A stretch of 64,000 bases of DNA from Antedon mediterranea (lineage: Eukaryota; Animalia; Echinodermata): contig NC_092672.1 in assembly GCF_964355755.1 (NCBI RefSeq), positions 1,426,001 to 1,490,000 of the forward strand. Direction: 5' to 3'. The notes under the pieces were generated by a model. The model was given only the letters and a program-made list of their open reading frames with translations. It was not told the DNA's origin and did not search any database. A program made the translations under genes and the position numbers. Of this stretch, positions 1 to 19,427 are shown one piece after another. The stretch's first letter is position 1. Each line of letters opens with the position of its first letter.

Positions 1-35
1 ATTTTGTTATTTTAAGAATGTTTTTTTCCGCTCAC

Positions 36-3000
36 CTTTTTGGCCAGTTCTCGCTCCCTCTCTTCACTTTCCCTTAGTCTTCGCCGCCATTCCTGTTCAC
101 TCGCTGATCCTCGGTTGTCTAGCTCTTTCGCTCTTTTCTTTTCCCTCTCTAGCAGGTCGAGGGCGCTCTTGTGTTCCATTATCACCTTTTGGTTTTCCTC
201 TTTCAGACGCTGTAGCTCATTCTGTTGCTTTTCTACAAGGTCTCTTTCAGTTTTTGTCTTGTTTTCCTGCAGAAAGGTTTATAAGTAGTTTAATACATGG
301 TAAGTTTCACATCTATAACTTTACATAAAAAATGTTTTAAAAATGTAGTAGAACATAACAATTTTAACAGATTTTGTATTCGTTTTTTTTTTTTGCAAAA
401 TAAACTAAACAAAAGTTTTGTTCTACTTTATACTGGGTAACTACATCTGGATCTGGATGAATACTGACGAAGGACCACATGGGTATATGCGCCAGGGGGT
501 GCGTCTCTCGGTGTGCAAACCTCATACTTAACTGAATTTGTTTTATTTATTTATTTTTTTTTTATTTATTAACTTCACAAAACTGACTAAACAATGACGA
601 AAAAACAAACAAACCAACATCAGTTCTCACAGAGCGTAGTTCAACATATACAGTGCTTTTAATAATATAATAAATGTTATTAAACAAAATAATATTCTTC
701 TTACCATTTGACTTGTTAAATTATGTTCTTTTCCTTTTAAACTTTCAATATCCTTCTCCATGTATTCTAGTTTCAGTTCTAAGGCTTTCTTATCGTCTTT
801 CACAGTCTTACTTGTTTCCTGCAATTTATTAAAGATGATTTAAAACGGTAATATTATATTTGCACATTTTTAAAAAACCATATAGTGACAGGGTCACTAT
901 ATTCAATGATTGTTAAAGCACTAAACGGCAGTATTTCAAGTCAAGGGAGGTTTTCCCAGATCAGGTTCCCTGCAGAGGCAGATGAGAGGTGTTGAGAGTG
1001 TAAATTTTATTTACCAAAATTTAGGATGCCAGGTTTTCCTGTCCCCTACATTTTTTTTTTTACAAACGCAATCCCTATTTCTATTTTATTGTCATTTTTA
1101 CCTCAAGTTTATTAAGTTGTTTTTTGTTTTTGTCAATCAAAGCTCTAAGTTTGATGATAGTGGCTTCATGACTGCTTCTTTTCTTTTTCTCATCATCCAA
1201 GGATGTCTGCAGCTCACGAATCTATAATGAGATAATAGTTCATGATAAATGGAAGGAAGCAATTTAAATTTGTGTAGATATCAAGAAATTTATCAAGAGC
1301 ATATATGCAATGGCGTAACGGTTATGAGCGCTAACTGGCTCAACCCAGGGGCCCCCAAAGCATGAGCAGTCCAATGCAACTATCCAGTGTTGAAGGAGTG
1401 CTAAACCCGGGGCCTTTGCCGTGTGCATTAAGCCACTGCGTACGGGTGGACACATTGATGTTGACTGATTTATACACACACTACAATAATGACTACAATT
1501 ACAAATCATTTTGTGGGTGTCTGAATCTACTTCTACTGAGGTAGATTATTTAATAATGTTTCCTATACAGTATCTAAGATTTACATCTACGGAAAAAAAA
1601 TGAATAATTCAGTATGTAAAATATCACCATCCCTTAGGGGTGAAGCATGTGTAGAATGTCAAAAGAATGCTAATTTGGTATTATAATATAACACATTGTA
1701 TCTCAAATTAAATAGCCTTTTAGCAAGTCATCACAGGAAAAAAATACCTTCCAAATTTACAATAATGAATAAGCAAAAACTTTAACAACCTTTCTCAAAA
1801 TTCAACTCAAACTTCTTTTAACAACTTTTTTTTTATTGAGATCACCATTTTAATGACTACTAATATTAAAAGAAGGGTGAGTTATGAATGACTTTAGTTT
1901 CCATGGTAACTAAAAACATATTGATACTAAAACTTGTGATCACACAAACAATTATTAATTGCTATAGTAACAATACAGTTGAATAATATGTGCACTCAAG
2001 TGATTATATTCTGATTTTCAAGGTTCTTTCAACATCACATTTTGTTCTTAATATCACTATACAGCGTTCATTCCATTTAGCATACATCCATAATATGCTT
2101 AGTAGAAAAAATATTTAAGAAAATCTATTAAATCAAATTGATTTCATTTTGATGGATATTAAGGCGGATAAATTTATTTTTTTCCGTGGATTTTTATAGA
2201 AATTACATTAAAGAAAGATATTGTATTTGTCTTCAAAGTGAATGTTGTATATAGAAGTGGAATAACGCATGTAAACACAGCTTTGGATAAAAGATAGGAC
2301 TGGAGCTAAGCGTGAACTGATAACTTCCAGATATTAAAGGTAAGAAAAAAAACCAACAATTATCTACAGTTTCAAGTCAATTTATTTTTATATTCTATAT
2401 ATAGAGTATATACTCTCTTAAAAGTGACTCCCTAGGCTAGTGACCACCCACCACCAGTATAGCTAATTACCTACTAGGCTAGTGACTCCCTAGGCTAGTG
2501 ACCACCCACCACCACTATAGCTAATTACCCACTAGGCCAATTACCCACTAGGCCAGTTACCCACTAGGCCAGTTACCCACTAGGCCAGTTACCCACTAGG
2601 CCAGTTACCCACTAGGCCAGTTACCCACTAGGCCAGTTACCCACTAGGCCAGTTACCCACTAGGCCAGTTACCCACTAGGCCAGTTACCCACTAGGCCAG
2701 TTACCCACTAGGCCAGTTACCCACTAGGCCAGTTACCCACTAGGCCAGTTACCCACTAGGCCAGTTACCCACTAGGCCAGTTACCCACTAGGCCAGTTAC
2801 CCACTAGGCCAGTTACCCACTAGGCCAGTTACCCACTAGGCCAGTGACCCACTAGGCCAGTGACCCACTAGGCCAGTTACCCACTAGGCCAGTGACCCAC
2901 TAGGCCAGTGACCCACTAGGCCAGTGACCCACTAGGCTAGTGAACACTATAGGTTAGTTTACATTTCCTTTGAATGTACTTTTAAATGGTACTGTATTAG

Positions 3001-6000
3001 AATTTAAAACGTTTTGGACCTAAATTAAATTCGCAAAAAAAAATCAAATTTATTTTGTTGCTCAAATTTACAATCAATATTAGAAATTTATATTTTGAAT
3101 TTATTAACAAAACCCATTCAAGAATACGGAGACCAGAAAACCAAACCAGCCCATGGGCGTCAGGTATTGGGAGAGTTCAATAAACTACTGATGTAAACCG
3201 AATTCCACATATTCTAATGCTGTGTACTAATATATCAATAATATCAAGCAAACACTATCCAAATCAATCAACGAAAATTTAATTCAATTTTTTGTCCACC
3301 AACAGAGGGCTCACTACTAATTTTCAAGTCAGTACAGTAATAATATTACATTATAATGTAATTATGCATTTTTGTAAACGACTGGTTCTTCAATTTAAAG
3401 GAGAGTAACCAAATAAATATTATTATTATTACAATCTCTACGTATTGGTTCATAAAAAATGAAGTTCACAATTATAAAAATTCAATTCAACCTATCAAAA
3501 AAAAATAATTTTAAACTATAAATAGATAAATTTAAGACTTTTTTTAACAGTTTTCTGCAAATTTCCTGTTCCTTACCTTTGTATCAAGTGATGTTTTCTC
3601 TTCCTCGCTCGTCTTCAACCGATGTTTCATCGTCGTCATTTCAAGTTCGAGTCGTTTGCGAGATTCTTTTAATTGAGAGTTTTCCAAACCTGCTTTCTTC
3701 AGCAATGAAGTTTCTATAAATGCAATTTCAATAAATCAAAATTCTGTATAAAATACTTGCATCAAGACTTTCTGATTACAACTATGGGGTGCCTATATAA
3801 TAAATAGCAATAGTGTATACTATTTACACTCATTTTAAAATTATTATTCCATGGAGTGCAAAGGTGTCCCGTTATTGTACCTTGTTTCTGTTGTTGTAAG
3901 GCTTTATTAGCATGTGCATATTTCTCAGACTCTGTTTTATCCAGATCAGTTGACAACTCTGACACATGTGACTCCAGTCCCTTTAATTTTGCCTTTAGTT
4001 CTCTGTTTTCCTGCTCAAGTTTGTCTCGTCGTGTTTGCATTATCTTTAACTGTTCTTCATGAAGCTGTAAAAAACAAAATTAAATATTACATTGAATGCC
4101 ATACCACACAGTTTTAAACTACAATCATATGGGCCAGTTGTTACTCCTTCTCTTTACTTTTTAAGCTCTGTCTACACTATCAAACTTTATTTGACAACAA
4201 ATGTGATGTGCTCATATATCACTAACATAATTATTTGGGAATGTCACTGCCACTTTGTTTGTAGTGTAGATAGAGCTTTACAAAGTGTATTGAAATAAGT
4301 GCATAGTGGTTTTCTGGAAGTGGACTTTTTTGCATTCCATGCTGTTGGTGTTATAAGAAGATAAAATAATAAACATCAACAATTTTATATAATTGCAGTT
4401 GATAACAAATCACAACAATACCTTAGCATTTGATTCCAGAATCTTCTTTGAATTTTCTTTTTCTTTCTTAAGTTCATCATCTAATCTTCTCTTTTCTCTT
4501 TCCAGTCTTTCCACTTTCTTGTTATCCAGATAGTTGCCAACCTGGGCCTTCTTTTTCCGTTCCATATCCAGGTCGTCAAGAAGCTTAGCTCTTTCAACCA
4601 GAAGGTAAGCAATTTGTTCACTTTGTGTTCCACTCGCAATGTCCTCAAGACCCTCCTGTAAGATGTTATAAAAGATTACTGTATAATACCTACTGTAATA
4701 ATGTATAAATTGGTCGGTTTGCCCTATTTTGGTCGGTTTGCCCTATTTTGGTCGGTTTGCCCTATTTTGGTCGGTTTGCCCTAGTTTGGTCGGTTTGCCC
4801 TATTTTGGTCGGTTTGCCCTATTTTGGTCGGTTTGCCCTATTTTGGTCGGTTTGCCCTATTTTGGTCGGTTTGCCCTACTCTATTTTGGTCGGTTTGCCC
4901 TACTGTATTTTGGTCAGTTTGCCCTACTGTATTTTGGTCAGTTTGCCCTACTGTATTTTGGTCAGTTTGTACCTACTTTGGCCAGTTTCCCCTACTATGG
5001 TCAGTTTGCCTTGCTTTGGTCAGTTTCCCCTACTTTGGTCAGTTGGCCCTACTTTGGTCAGTTTGCACCTACTTTGGTCATAAATGTTTTAACATATTTT
5101 ATATAATTTCAAAAATTTATAAGAAAACAGAAAATTGTTTTACAGTTAGCATTGCATGCTAACTAAACACTAGTAAAGTTACTGTTACAGGTTTGCAGTA
5201 CAACATGTGTTTCTCAAAAGACATTCTCTACAGTACTATATCATTCAATACTAACTGTACAATAATTATTTTGGATTTTGTCAATAATCTTCATGGAGGT
5301 ACTATAGACCAACTGTGAGAAACATGTGATAAAATTATCATAATTATTGCTATACTATCTATAGTATTCTAAACTGGTAAATATCAACTTTTAAAAATTA
5401 AGTTACTAAAGTCTCAAATACACTACAATGTGACTGTGACACAAGCATGTATTGAAATGCTGCATTTATGTACCAATAGGTAGCAAATTGCTCCCCTGTG
5501 ATGATGACTGTACTTGAATAACCATGGAGTAATTACTCCATGCATGGACCTATAAATTATAGGTCCATGCTCCATGGAATAATGAAGGTTTAGCATTGAG
5601 TTTAATTGTTTTTAAACAAAAGAGGTTAAAAGGCTTACATTGTTGACATTGAATTAAAAGACAACACTTGTATTGTTAAACAATCATTCAATCGATAAGA
5701 CTGCAAACTTCTGAGTATTTGTAATTCAACTCAAACCACATGGACTGCTCAGCAAACATATAAATTGTATAGAATAGTTTGTGGCTGGTGGTACTGTATC
5801 AGTGGCTGGTACTGAATCAGTATCAATGTTTTATGCTCAAATCTAATTTCAGCATAAAATTGTAAGTAATTGTGTTTGAAATCTGAAAAATTTTCTTGCA
5901 AATTGTAGATTTTTTTAAACTCTGTATTAAATTTTTTTTTTTTAAAGAAATATTCATTTTAAATAAAAATATACTATAACAATTATTTAAATCTCTTTTC

Positions 6001-7892
6001 TTTTATTTTTGCAATACTCTTAGCTTCTGAATCGTGATTGCTTTCTAACAAAACCATATTAAGATTCTTTTACTATCACAACACAAAATACAATGCAGAG
6101 TGTTTGTACATGACATCACATGGTATCACACAACTTTAGTACAGTGTTTACTAAGTGCACACATACTGATGCTAGTTTGGGTTTAAATCTAATTCATTAT
6201 TGCGACTTTGCTTTCAATTGAACTGAGGTACTATAATGAAAAATAAGTATCACAAAAGGTTTAATTGAACTAAAATACACTACACCTGAAGTACCCAATT
6301 TGAATGCAACTAGTTTATCTTGTAATGTTATATGAGAGTATATAGAATGAATGCTAACAGTGTTCATTTTTTTTTTTAAACCATATTTAATGAGGGTGAT
6401 CCATCCAGCTAATGCTGATCATTAGAGACCCTCAGAGGTTCACAAGACAAATATACACACAAGATGCTCTACATAAACAAAGTCTTATTACAAGTCTTTG
6501 GGAGTGGAGTTGTAAGTTGGTCCTTAGAAAAAATCCTGACATGTGACGGGACTTGAACCCAGGACCGTTGGAATGGTAGCCAAGCATCATAACCACCAAG
6601 CCACAACTCCACTACCTAACATGTGTTACATGTATGTCAAACAAGGTGGATTCCAATTTCACTTATCTTGGGACCATTCTATTCACCACCAGGTAGGCTT
6701 ACTTCATCAAGGCTTCTATGAATGGCATGACTATTTGGGAGCAGGAACGCTAGTAGACCAAACCTAGTACCGTTTTGATTACGATCTTCGGGAAATTACC
6801 TCACAACTTAATCAATTTTAAACTTAACTTAATGACCCCCAAAAATCCGAACTCTGTGTCTATGTACAGTATCTATATTTTAGAAACAACTGGCAATTAG
6901 TTCCCTACCTGTTGTAGAAGCATGGCTATCTCCTTATTATCACCAGCAAGTTCTTTCTTCAACGTTTCATTCTCATCTTTCAGGCGTTCATTCTCTTTTT
7001 CAAATTCTTGTGTCAGTACTTCCCTTTCTTCTGATAGATTTCTAATATGTTCCACATAATTCTCAACCTGAAAACAGTGTAAAGAAACAAGATACAAAAT
7101 GACACTTGAGTCACTCACTGACTTGTTTTGAGAACTACAATATTGCTGTAGGAGATTTTACTAATAAGCTAGGCAGAAGGCGATTAAAGATAAAATAGGA
7201 TGAAATACACAAAAACATAAAACCTTTCAAAAGAGATATGAAGTGAGACCAAAAGGAAATTGAATTCTAATTGTTGCATGAAAAATTCCATTTTTTTTTT
7301 TTTTATTATTTTTTTTTATATTTCATGTTATTTAAAAATACAGTACAAATACAAGACATATCTGAAATGATAAAACAAAATGGACAAACCATTTAAAGAG
7401 CTTACTAACATTATGTTTATACAGTATGTAGGACAAAGAAAAAATGAATTAACGAACGGGGTAAGATTCTGGAATAAGCCCACCCCAAAATTTGTATTAC
7501 AGACATTACACATTATAACTGCAACAGCGTTACCAAAATTTGTGTTTAGGGAGTGACTAAAATGAAGCCACTACTGTATGACAGGAGAACATTATACAAA
7601 GACACTATGGCCAGGGAGGTATACCTCCCTGCTACAATATGACAGAACATTAACAAAGTAAAAATAGATTGAAACACAACTTGTTGGTTTGCTTAATTGC
7701 TCTCTTACATACCTCTTTCATTTCCTGAGCCTGCTGCTTCTTCAATTCTTCAATCTCTTTTCTTGCAGACTTCAGTTCATTGTCTGCCTTCTTGTACCAC
7801 TTCCAAACCTTCTGCATCTTCTCTTTATCACTTGAGGTACTTTCAAGGCCTTCATCCTTCAACCTTTTGGACAGTGACACCTCTCCGTCCAT
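36..7892 (-). CDS. CCDC30: CCDC30-like coiled-coil protein, 5' part; 3' end lies beyond the left edge
   Basis: Phase-consistent GT-AG exons: 7713-7892, 6909-7067, 4422-4655, 3881-4064, 3577-3713, 1102-1221, 705-818, 36-266. The translation MDGEVSLSKRLKDEGL...QQAQEMKE|VENYVEHIRNLSEEREVLTQEFEKENERLK...|EGLEDIASGTQSEQIAYLLVERAKLL matches the CCDC30 N-terminal motifs as I recall them. The ATG directly follows a CAG acceptor, implying an upstream exon near 8510-8760. Confidence 0.8.
2521..2942. repeat. 16-bp minisatellite (ggccagttacccacta)n, about 26 copies
   Basis: Directly visible tandem array, preceded by a related ~57-bp duplication at about 2423-2530. Confidence 0.95.
4163..4278. mobile_element. 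MITE family A (~115-150 bp; TIR AAGCTCTGTCTACACTATCAAAC, mostly TA-flanked)
   Basis: Terminal inverted repeats are visible. Further copies at about 9844-9981, 10989-11112, 14621-14767, 19672-20575 (split), 22799-22902, 39209-39344, 50977-51078, 52730-52866, 53751-55486 (split), 59288-59439 and 61653-61797. Confidence 0.85.
4710..5080. repeat. 19-bp minisatellite (ttttggtcggtttgcccta)n with 24-bp and degenerate variants
   Basis: Visible tandem array in a CCDC30 intron; it explains the repetitive ORFs at 4729-5162. Confidence 0.95.
6390..6612 (-). mobile_element. tRNA-derived SINE
   Basis: Minus-strand head with A box (TGGCTTGGTGG) and B box (GGTTCAAGTCC), followed by a non-tRNA body. A close second copy lies at about 49513-49690. 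Confidence 0.8.
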
Positions 7893-10800
7893 CTGGGGAA
7901 AAAAGGGTTGACACAATATTTCTTGTCTAGCATTCAGTTTTTGAAACTTTGTTTAATATTACTTTTTATACTTAACATTAAAAATCACGGTAATTTATCA
8001 GAACACCTTTATTTGGAATAAATACCACACAACACGTCCCAAACCTTCCTGAACAGAAATGCCACGGTTTATAAGTACTTAATATTTTTCTTAATATATT
8101 ATCACTGGACACATGTTAATACGAAGTAAATTATTATCCTAGATTAAACTAGACTAGAATACAGATCTAGTAGAAGTAGGCCTACTTATTTTCATTAATA
8201 GGAAACCATAATATGGCATGGAGAAGGTAAGAAGAAATACAAAAAATACTAGTAAAAAACTAAAAGTAATTTAAAATTACAAATTAAATAAAGAGTAAAA
8301 AATACATTTTTTTGTATCTAAAAAATATGATTGACTAGTCTATACTAGGTAGCTAAGACAAAATGCATCCTCAATCTTTATTTAACACATCTAAAACCTA
8401 GGCCCTGTATGGAAGAAGCATAGGCCTAGTAGCCTACTAGGAGTCTAGGCCATGCCCACGGACGCCCCTTTCCTCGGTGGTTTTTCAAAACAAGTCTTGC
8501 TTCACACCCACCTGATGAGTGAGGAATTTTACCACACGTACCTGTCAAACTATTCTCATAATCTTCCTTCTCATCTTGCATTGGAAGTAAATTGTAATTA
8601 CGGAGTAATGTACTCTTTAACCTACCTTTTGAACCGTCTTCGACATGCCTATATTTTTATGTTATTTTCAAAATATCACAACGTTTTATTTCCATTATAA
8701 CATTGTTTACTGTCACCATCAATGCGGAACGCCATTTTTGAAACTTTTCTCTTATCGGTTTCTTGTGTGACCTCAAACACTGGGTCACACGCGTAATAAT
8801 AAGTAAAGCAGCAACCCATTGTTATCAGACTTCTTTGATCGATGATTCATTGGGTGGTGGTAATAAGTAAAAAATAATCACTAAACATTTTCGTCATATT
8901 GTTATATGTAAAGACGAAAATAATACATATATAGTAATAATTTTAATCAACAATTGAACAGAATAAATAATTATGTTGATTGAATAAAATGCAAATTGAG
9001 TTACGATTTATACTATAAATAGATCATTGTATTGATATTATTATTAGGCATTGCGTACTTCACTCACTTCGCGTAACCTCCCGCACTTCCGGGCGCTCTA
9101 CTTGTGCGCACGCGACAGTTAACGCACTTCCGGGCGCAATAAATACGCCTGCGTAAATTGTCGCTTTTCCTGTTTTCTACACGCGCAAGCTGCGATAACT
9201 GCAGCCACCAGCCAACCTATAGTACTGTGTATAATAAAAAACATGTTTGACAACAATCTCATATTTTATTGTGTATTTTTTATTAGATTTTGCACACAGT
9301 ACAGAAAATATTAGACACAATGATTATATGATGAGGAGCCTACAACTTGAATAGGAATACTGTATTTTATTTGTAATTTCAGGACTTTTTTCTCTGTGTT
9401 TGGCAGAGCAAAACTTCATCAAAATCATTTTGACAAATGAGCATGAACAAAATAAATACATTTACGGAATAAAAAACATTTAAGGATATATAGTATAATT
9501 CTATATCGTGTAAATATGCAACAAATCTTTTTTAATGCATACATAAAGCCTCAATATGAATAACATTTTAATAATTGATACTTACTTTGTATTGGACGGA
9601 TAGTAATATTGAAATTGCGGTTATTTATATATACTTTTATTATATATTTATTTACAATTCAATTACTGTAGATAATATTATGTGTATCAAGGTAACTTTC
9701 AGCGCACTAGCAATTTGTTTTTGCTATTGCCTACTATCATTATACAAATGTACTAGCAATTTTACTTTTTAAATACACTCAAGAATGAATATGCTGAACA
9801 TTTTCAACATCATTACTGTACCAATATGCATAAAATCAGCATAAAGCTCTGTCCACACTATCAAACTTTATGTGACAAAAAATATGTGATGTGCCCATAT
9901 ATGGAGATGATGATGTCATATCACTACCATATTATTTGGGCACATTAAACTTTTTTGTCAAACTAGTTTGATACTGTACAGTCAATACATGGTTGTTTTT
10001 ATTATATCTTTTAAAAAAAACATCAATATTCTAACATTTTCTTCATGACACAGTATAGTATAAAATGCATTACAATTTTTAACAATTCATTGTACCAATT
10101 ATCATTGGATACAACATATAAACTAAATTGTACAGTATAAAAATTGCAAGATTTAAAAATGCTTGTAAAGATAGCTTCACAAGCATTTTCAAATCTGTAT
10201 GTCTATATTTAGACAAAATAAAAGACGTTTTTAAATAAGTACGAAAAGGTACTACAAGATGCCATCAGGAGCAGATACAGGTGGCGAACTAGACAAGGAG
10301 AACAATTTTTGTAAAAGGTTACACTATTTTCTATTATTATTAGTTTGGGAATGGGGTGGGGTGGGGGAGTTTGGTCTGGTCTTTTATTACTCTACCTTTT
10401 CTACATCCACCACTTTTGTAGCATGGTTTAAAGCTTGTTTAGCTGAAATAGGTTTAGGTACTAAGTATATGTATTGAAAGATCAATGCAAGATTCTCCAA
10501 TTACACACACACAATATATCTAAAGGCCCTAATACAAAGCCAACCAAAGGTAGATCATCTTCTCTTAGATACATACATGTTGGCACTCATTGTATTAACT
10601 GGTTAAAGTAATTTACAAGAAACATTTTTTGATATGCTCATGATTTCAGGTTTACTAAACATGATTTTAATTATTTTGGCAGAAAAAAAATATTTTAAAA
10701 GGTGTATAGCATACACTGTAAATTCTACATGTCTTTTTTTTAGTAATTTGATAATAAATTTTAAGTATAAACCTTTTTTTTTCACAATACACAACACTCA

Positions 10801-12300
10801 TTTGGTAGCAAAACGTAAAAACACACAAAAATGATAAACATACTTATTAATCAAAATAGAAACTCTCTTCTAGGTGTTTACAATAAACAACTAAATATTT
10901 AAATACAATATTTACATGTTGAGAAATTGTGAATAATATTTACAGTGAGCTTTTTCTTGCTGTTTTTACAGGCGTCCTAACTCCCCTTAAGCTCTGTCTA
11001 CACTATTGAACTCAATGTGATGTATGTATATGGACACTATGACATCATATCACTACCACATCTGGGCACTTCAATTTTGTTGTTAAACTAGTTTGATAGT
11101 GTAGACAGAGCTCTAGAGAGATCAGATACAAAAAAAAATAATTATTAATTTACATGATCTTATGATAGCTTGACACTTGTGCCTCTGCAGTCATCAATTA
11201 TGTAAAGTGTAAAGCTTATTATTATGCTTCAACTAGATTACTTATCTTGTAAATTTTATTTTTGTCATTTAAAAATACAATTACATTTTAAAATCACTAT
11301 ATAAATTCAAGGTATCTATTTTAAAGGCTTTAAAATTCTTCAAAAAAATATTTTACACTTCAATAAAATTTTTTTCATCATATGAAAATAAAGCTTGGAA
11401 ATTGAAAGGAATTATACAGCTTTTAAAAATGTTTGAGCATGTCTGGTATTCATCAATGTTTTTGCTTTTGTCAAGGTAGTAAGAGTTGCTTAATTATAAG
11501 AAAGTAAAATATTATATCAAGGTTTCTAGCCCTCAATGGGTCGGAACACACTAACGTTGGTGGTGCATGGATTAAGAAATAGGATGTTAAATTCTATGAT
11601 TGTATAATATACAATCATAGAATTTAACGTAGAATGTAATCTACGACAACCACAGAACTGAAATCATATGTACAAGCGTTTCTATATACAACAACTTATA
11701 CAGAGACAGTTTTAGTTATTTTAACATTTAAGTTGGTAAGGTTTTTGCACAATTAGGGACAGAATTAGCCACAAATAATTTAGATGAGAACTATGGTGGA
11801 TAATGAAGTTGATAATGATAACAATGATGATGATGATGGCAATGATGAAGATACAATAAAAATTGTAATGAACCTTAAATATTATATAGAAATAAAAAAC
11901 CTATTATAAAACAATATTAATCAGTAACATACAGTAGAACATACATTTTACGTAACCTAAAAGTCATACAGAGAACATCGTAAAATAAGGTGACCTTCTT
12001 TTTGTTTTTACATTGTCTTATAAACGTGTGCCGCTGATACAAAAGCGTTTGTTCAATAAATTTATCTTATCTTATATCTACAGCTAAATCTGCAGTAATT
12101 TATTTTTTTTTATTTACAATTACAGCTATGCCTATAAATGTAATGTAACTTTCAATGATTGGAAAATATCCACTACTACTACTATATTAATAGTATTATG
12201 TATTAAATTTAAAAAGATGACATCATTGGTCATTTTATGCATACGTAAAATCAGGGTACGTAAAATGTAGGTCCTACTGCATTTTTACAAACCAGAATAA

Positions 12301-12376
12301 AGTAGATTGAACCAGATTAAACTAGATTGAACAAGATTAAACTAGATTAAACTAGATTAAACTAGATTGAACAAGA

Positions 12377-12380
<4 letters not shown>
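12301..12380. repeat. Short 10/20-bp tandem repeat (actagattgaacaagattaa) that includes the FoxJ stop codon
   Basis: About 4 units visible; the last overlaps the TAA at 12377-12379. Confidence 0.85.
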
Positions 12381-18480
<6,100 letters not shown>

Positions 18481-18769
18481 TTTGACTGATCTTCATCACC
18501 CTGAGCCTGTTCACATTATGCTTTGCGGAGCAATATTGTCGCCTAGCAGTAGTTTTCTCGTTTTTAAACACTGTAAATTAAATGCTAAGAAAAACATATG
18601 CTTTTTAAACTTTAACTATATTTATTTGACACCTACTAACAAAAAGGAAAAACTGCTAAATCAAATTAATATAAAGAAAATGGGATTTTGTACCAATAAA
18701 TGCGTAGTAGCATGACTAATCACAACATTTCAACCACGAACCCCCTGCGAAGAATTCCATGGTTTCGGC

Positions 18770-19040
18770 TTCTCTCTGACGTCAGATTTTTACACCCTTG
18801 ACATGCGCCTGGATTAAAAGTCTAGAAATACATTATATTTTAGAGGGCGGACTTTCGATTCATGTGATTTTTACCTGGGCTAAAAGACCTATGAAAAATT
18901 GTAGTTTTTATATATTTTGATTACATATAAGATCATATCTTTACTTGATTTGTAACTTTGCATTATTAGTATTCTAAATACAAAACAAGTTGTTAATTTT
19001 CGTGCTCTAATTGATAAATTTCAGCTCTAAAAAGGTAAGG
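18770..19040. promoter_or_regulatory. Probable promoter region between the head-to-head FoxJ and COPS7 coding sequences
   Basis: Palindromic CRE TGACGTCA (~18777), GC box GGGCGG (~18845) and a plus-strand donor AAG|GTAAGG (~19033) that suggests a COPS7 5'UTR exon. The two start codons are ~950 bp apart. Confidence 0.5.
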
Positions 19041-19427
19041 AGAATGCCAGGCCCAACCAGCCAGGCAAGCAAGCCTCTCTTTATTATTTGTCGCCTGCCT
19101 ACTACCAGTACTAGGTGGGTGGTGGTGGTGTGGTGGTACGGTAGTGATGATTGAACGGATTCCCGATTGAACGGATGCCGATTGAACATGGATGAGGCCT
19201 ACTAGCTAGTATTACTACTAGTATTGTTCCGAAAAGCCGGTAGTGCATGTGACGTGCATGGAAAAAAATAAATAAAATAAAAACAAATATGCTATTTTAT
19301 ATAAAGGCACATTAATATTATTTATTGTACATTTTAACATTTTTTACAAATTTTTAATTTAATTAATTAAAAGTATCTTATTAAATCAATTCAATAACTA
19401 GGAGGCCTAGATAGGACCAACTTCAAG

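Noticed and set aside
4729-5162. Three overlapping plus-strand ORFs
   Set aside because: Artefact of the 19-bp repeat in an antisense intron.
6535-6612. tRNA gene
   Set aside because: A and B boxes are present, but there is no clean cloverleaf or acceptor stem, and the non-tRNA tail is shared with the 49513-49690 copy. It is a SINE.
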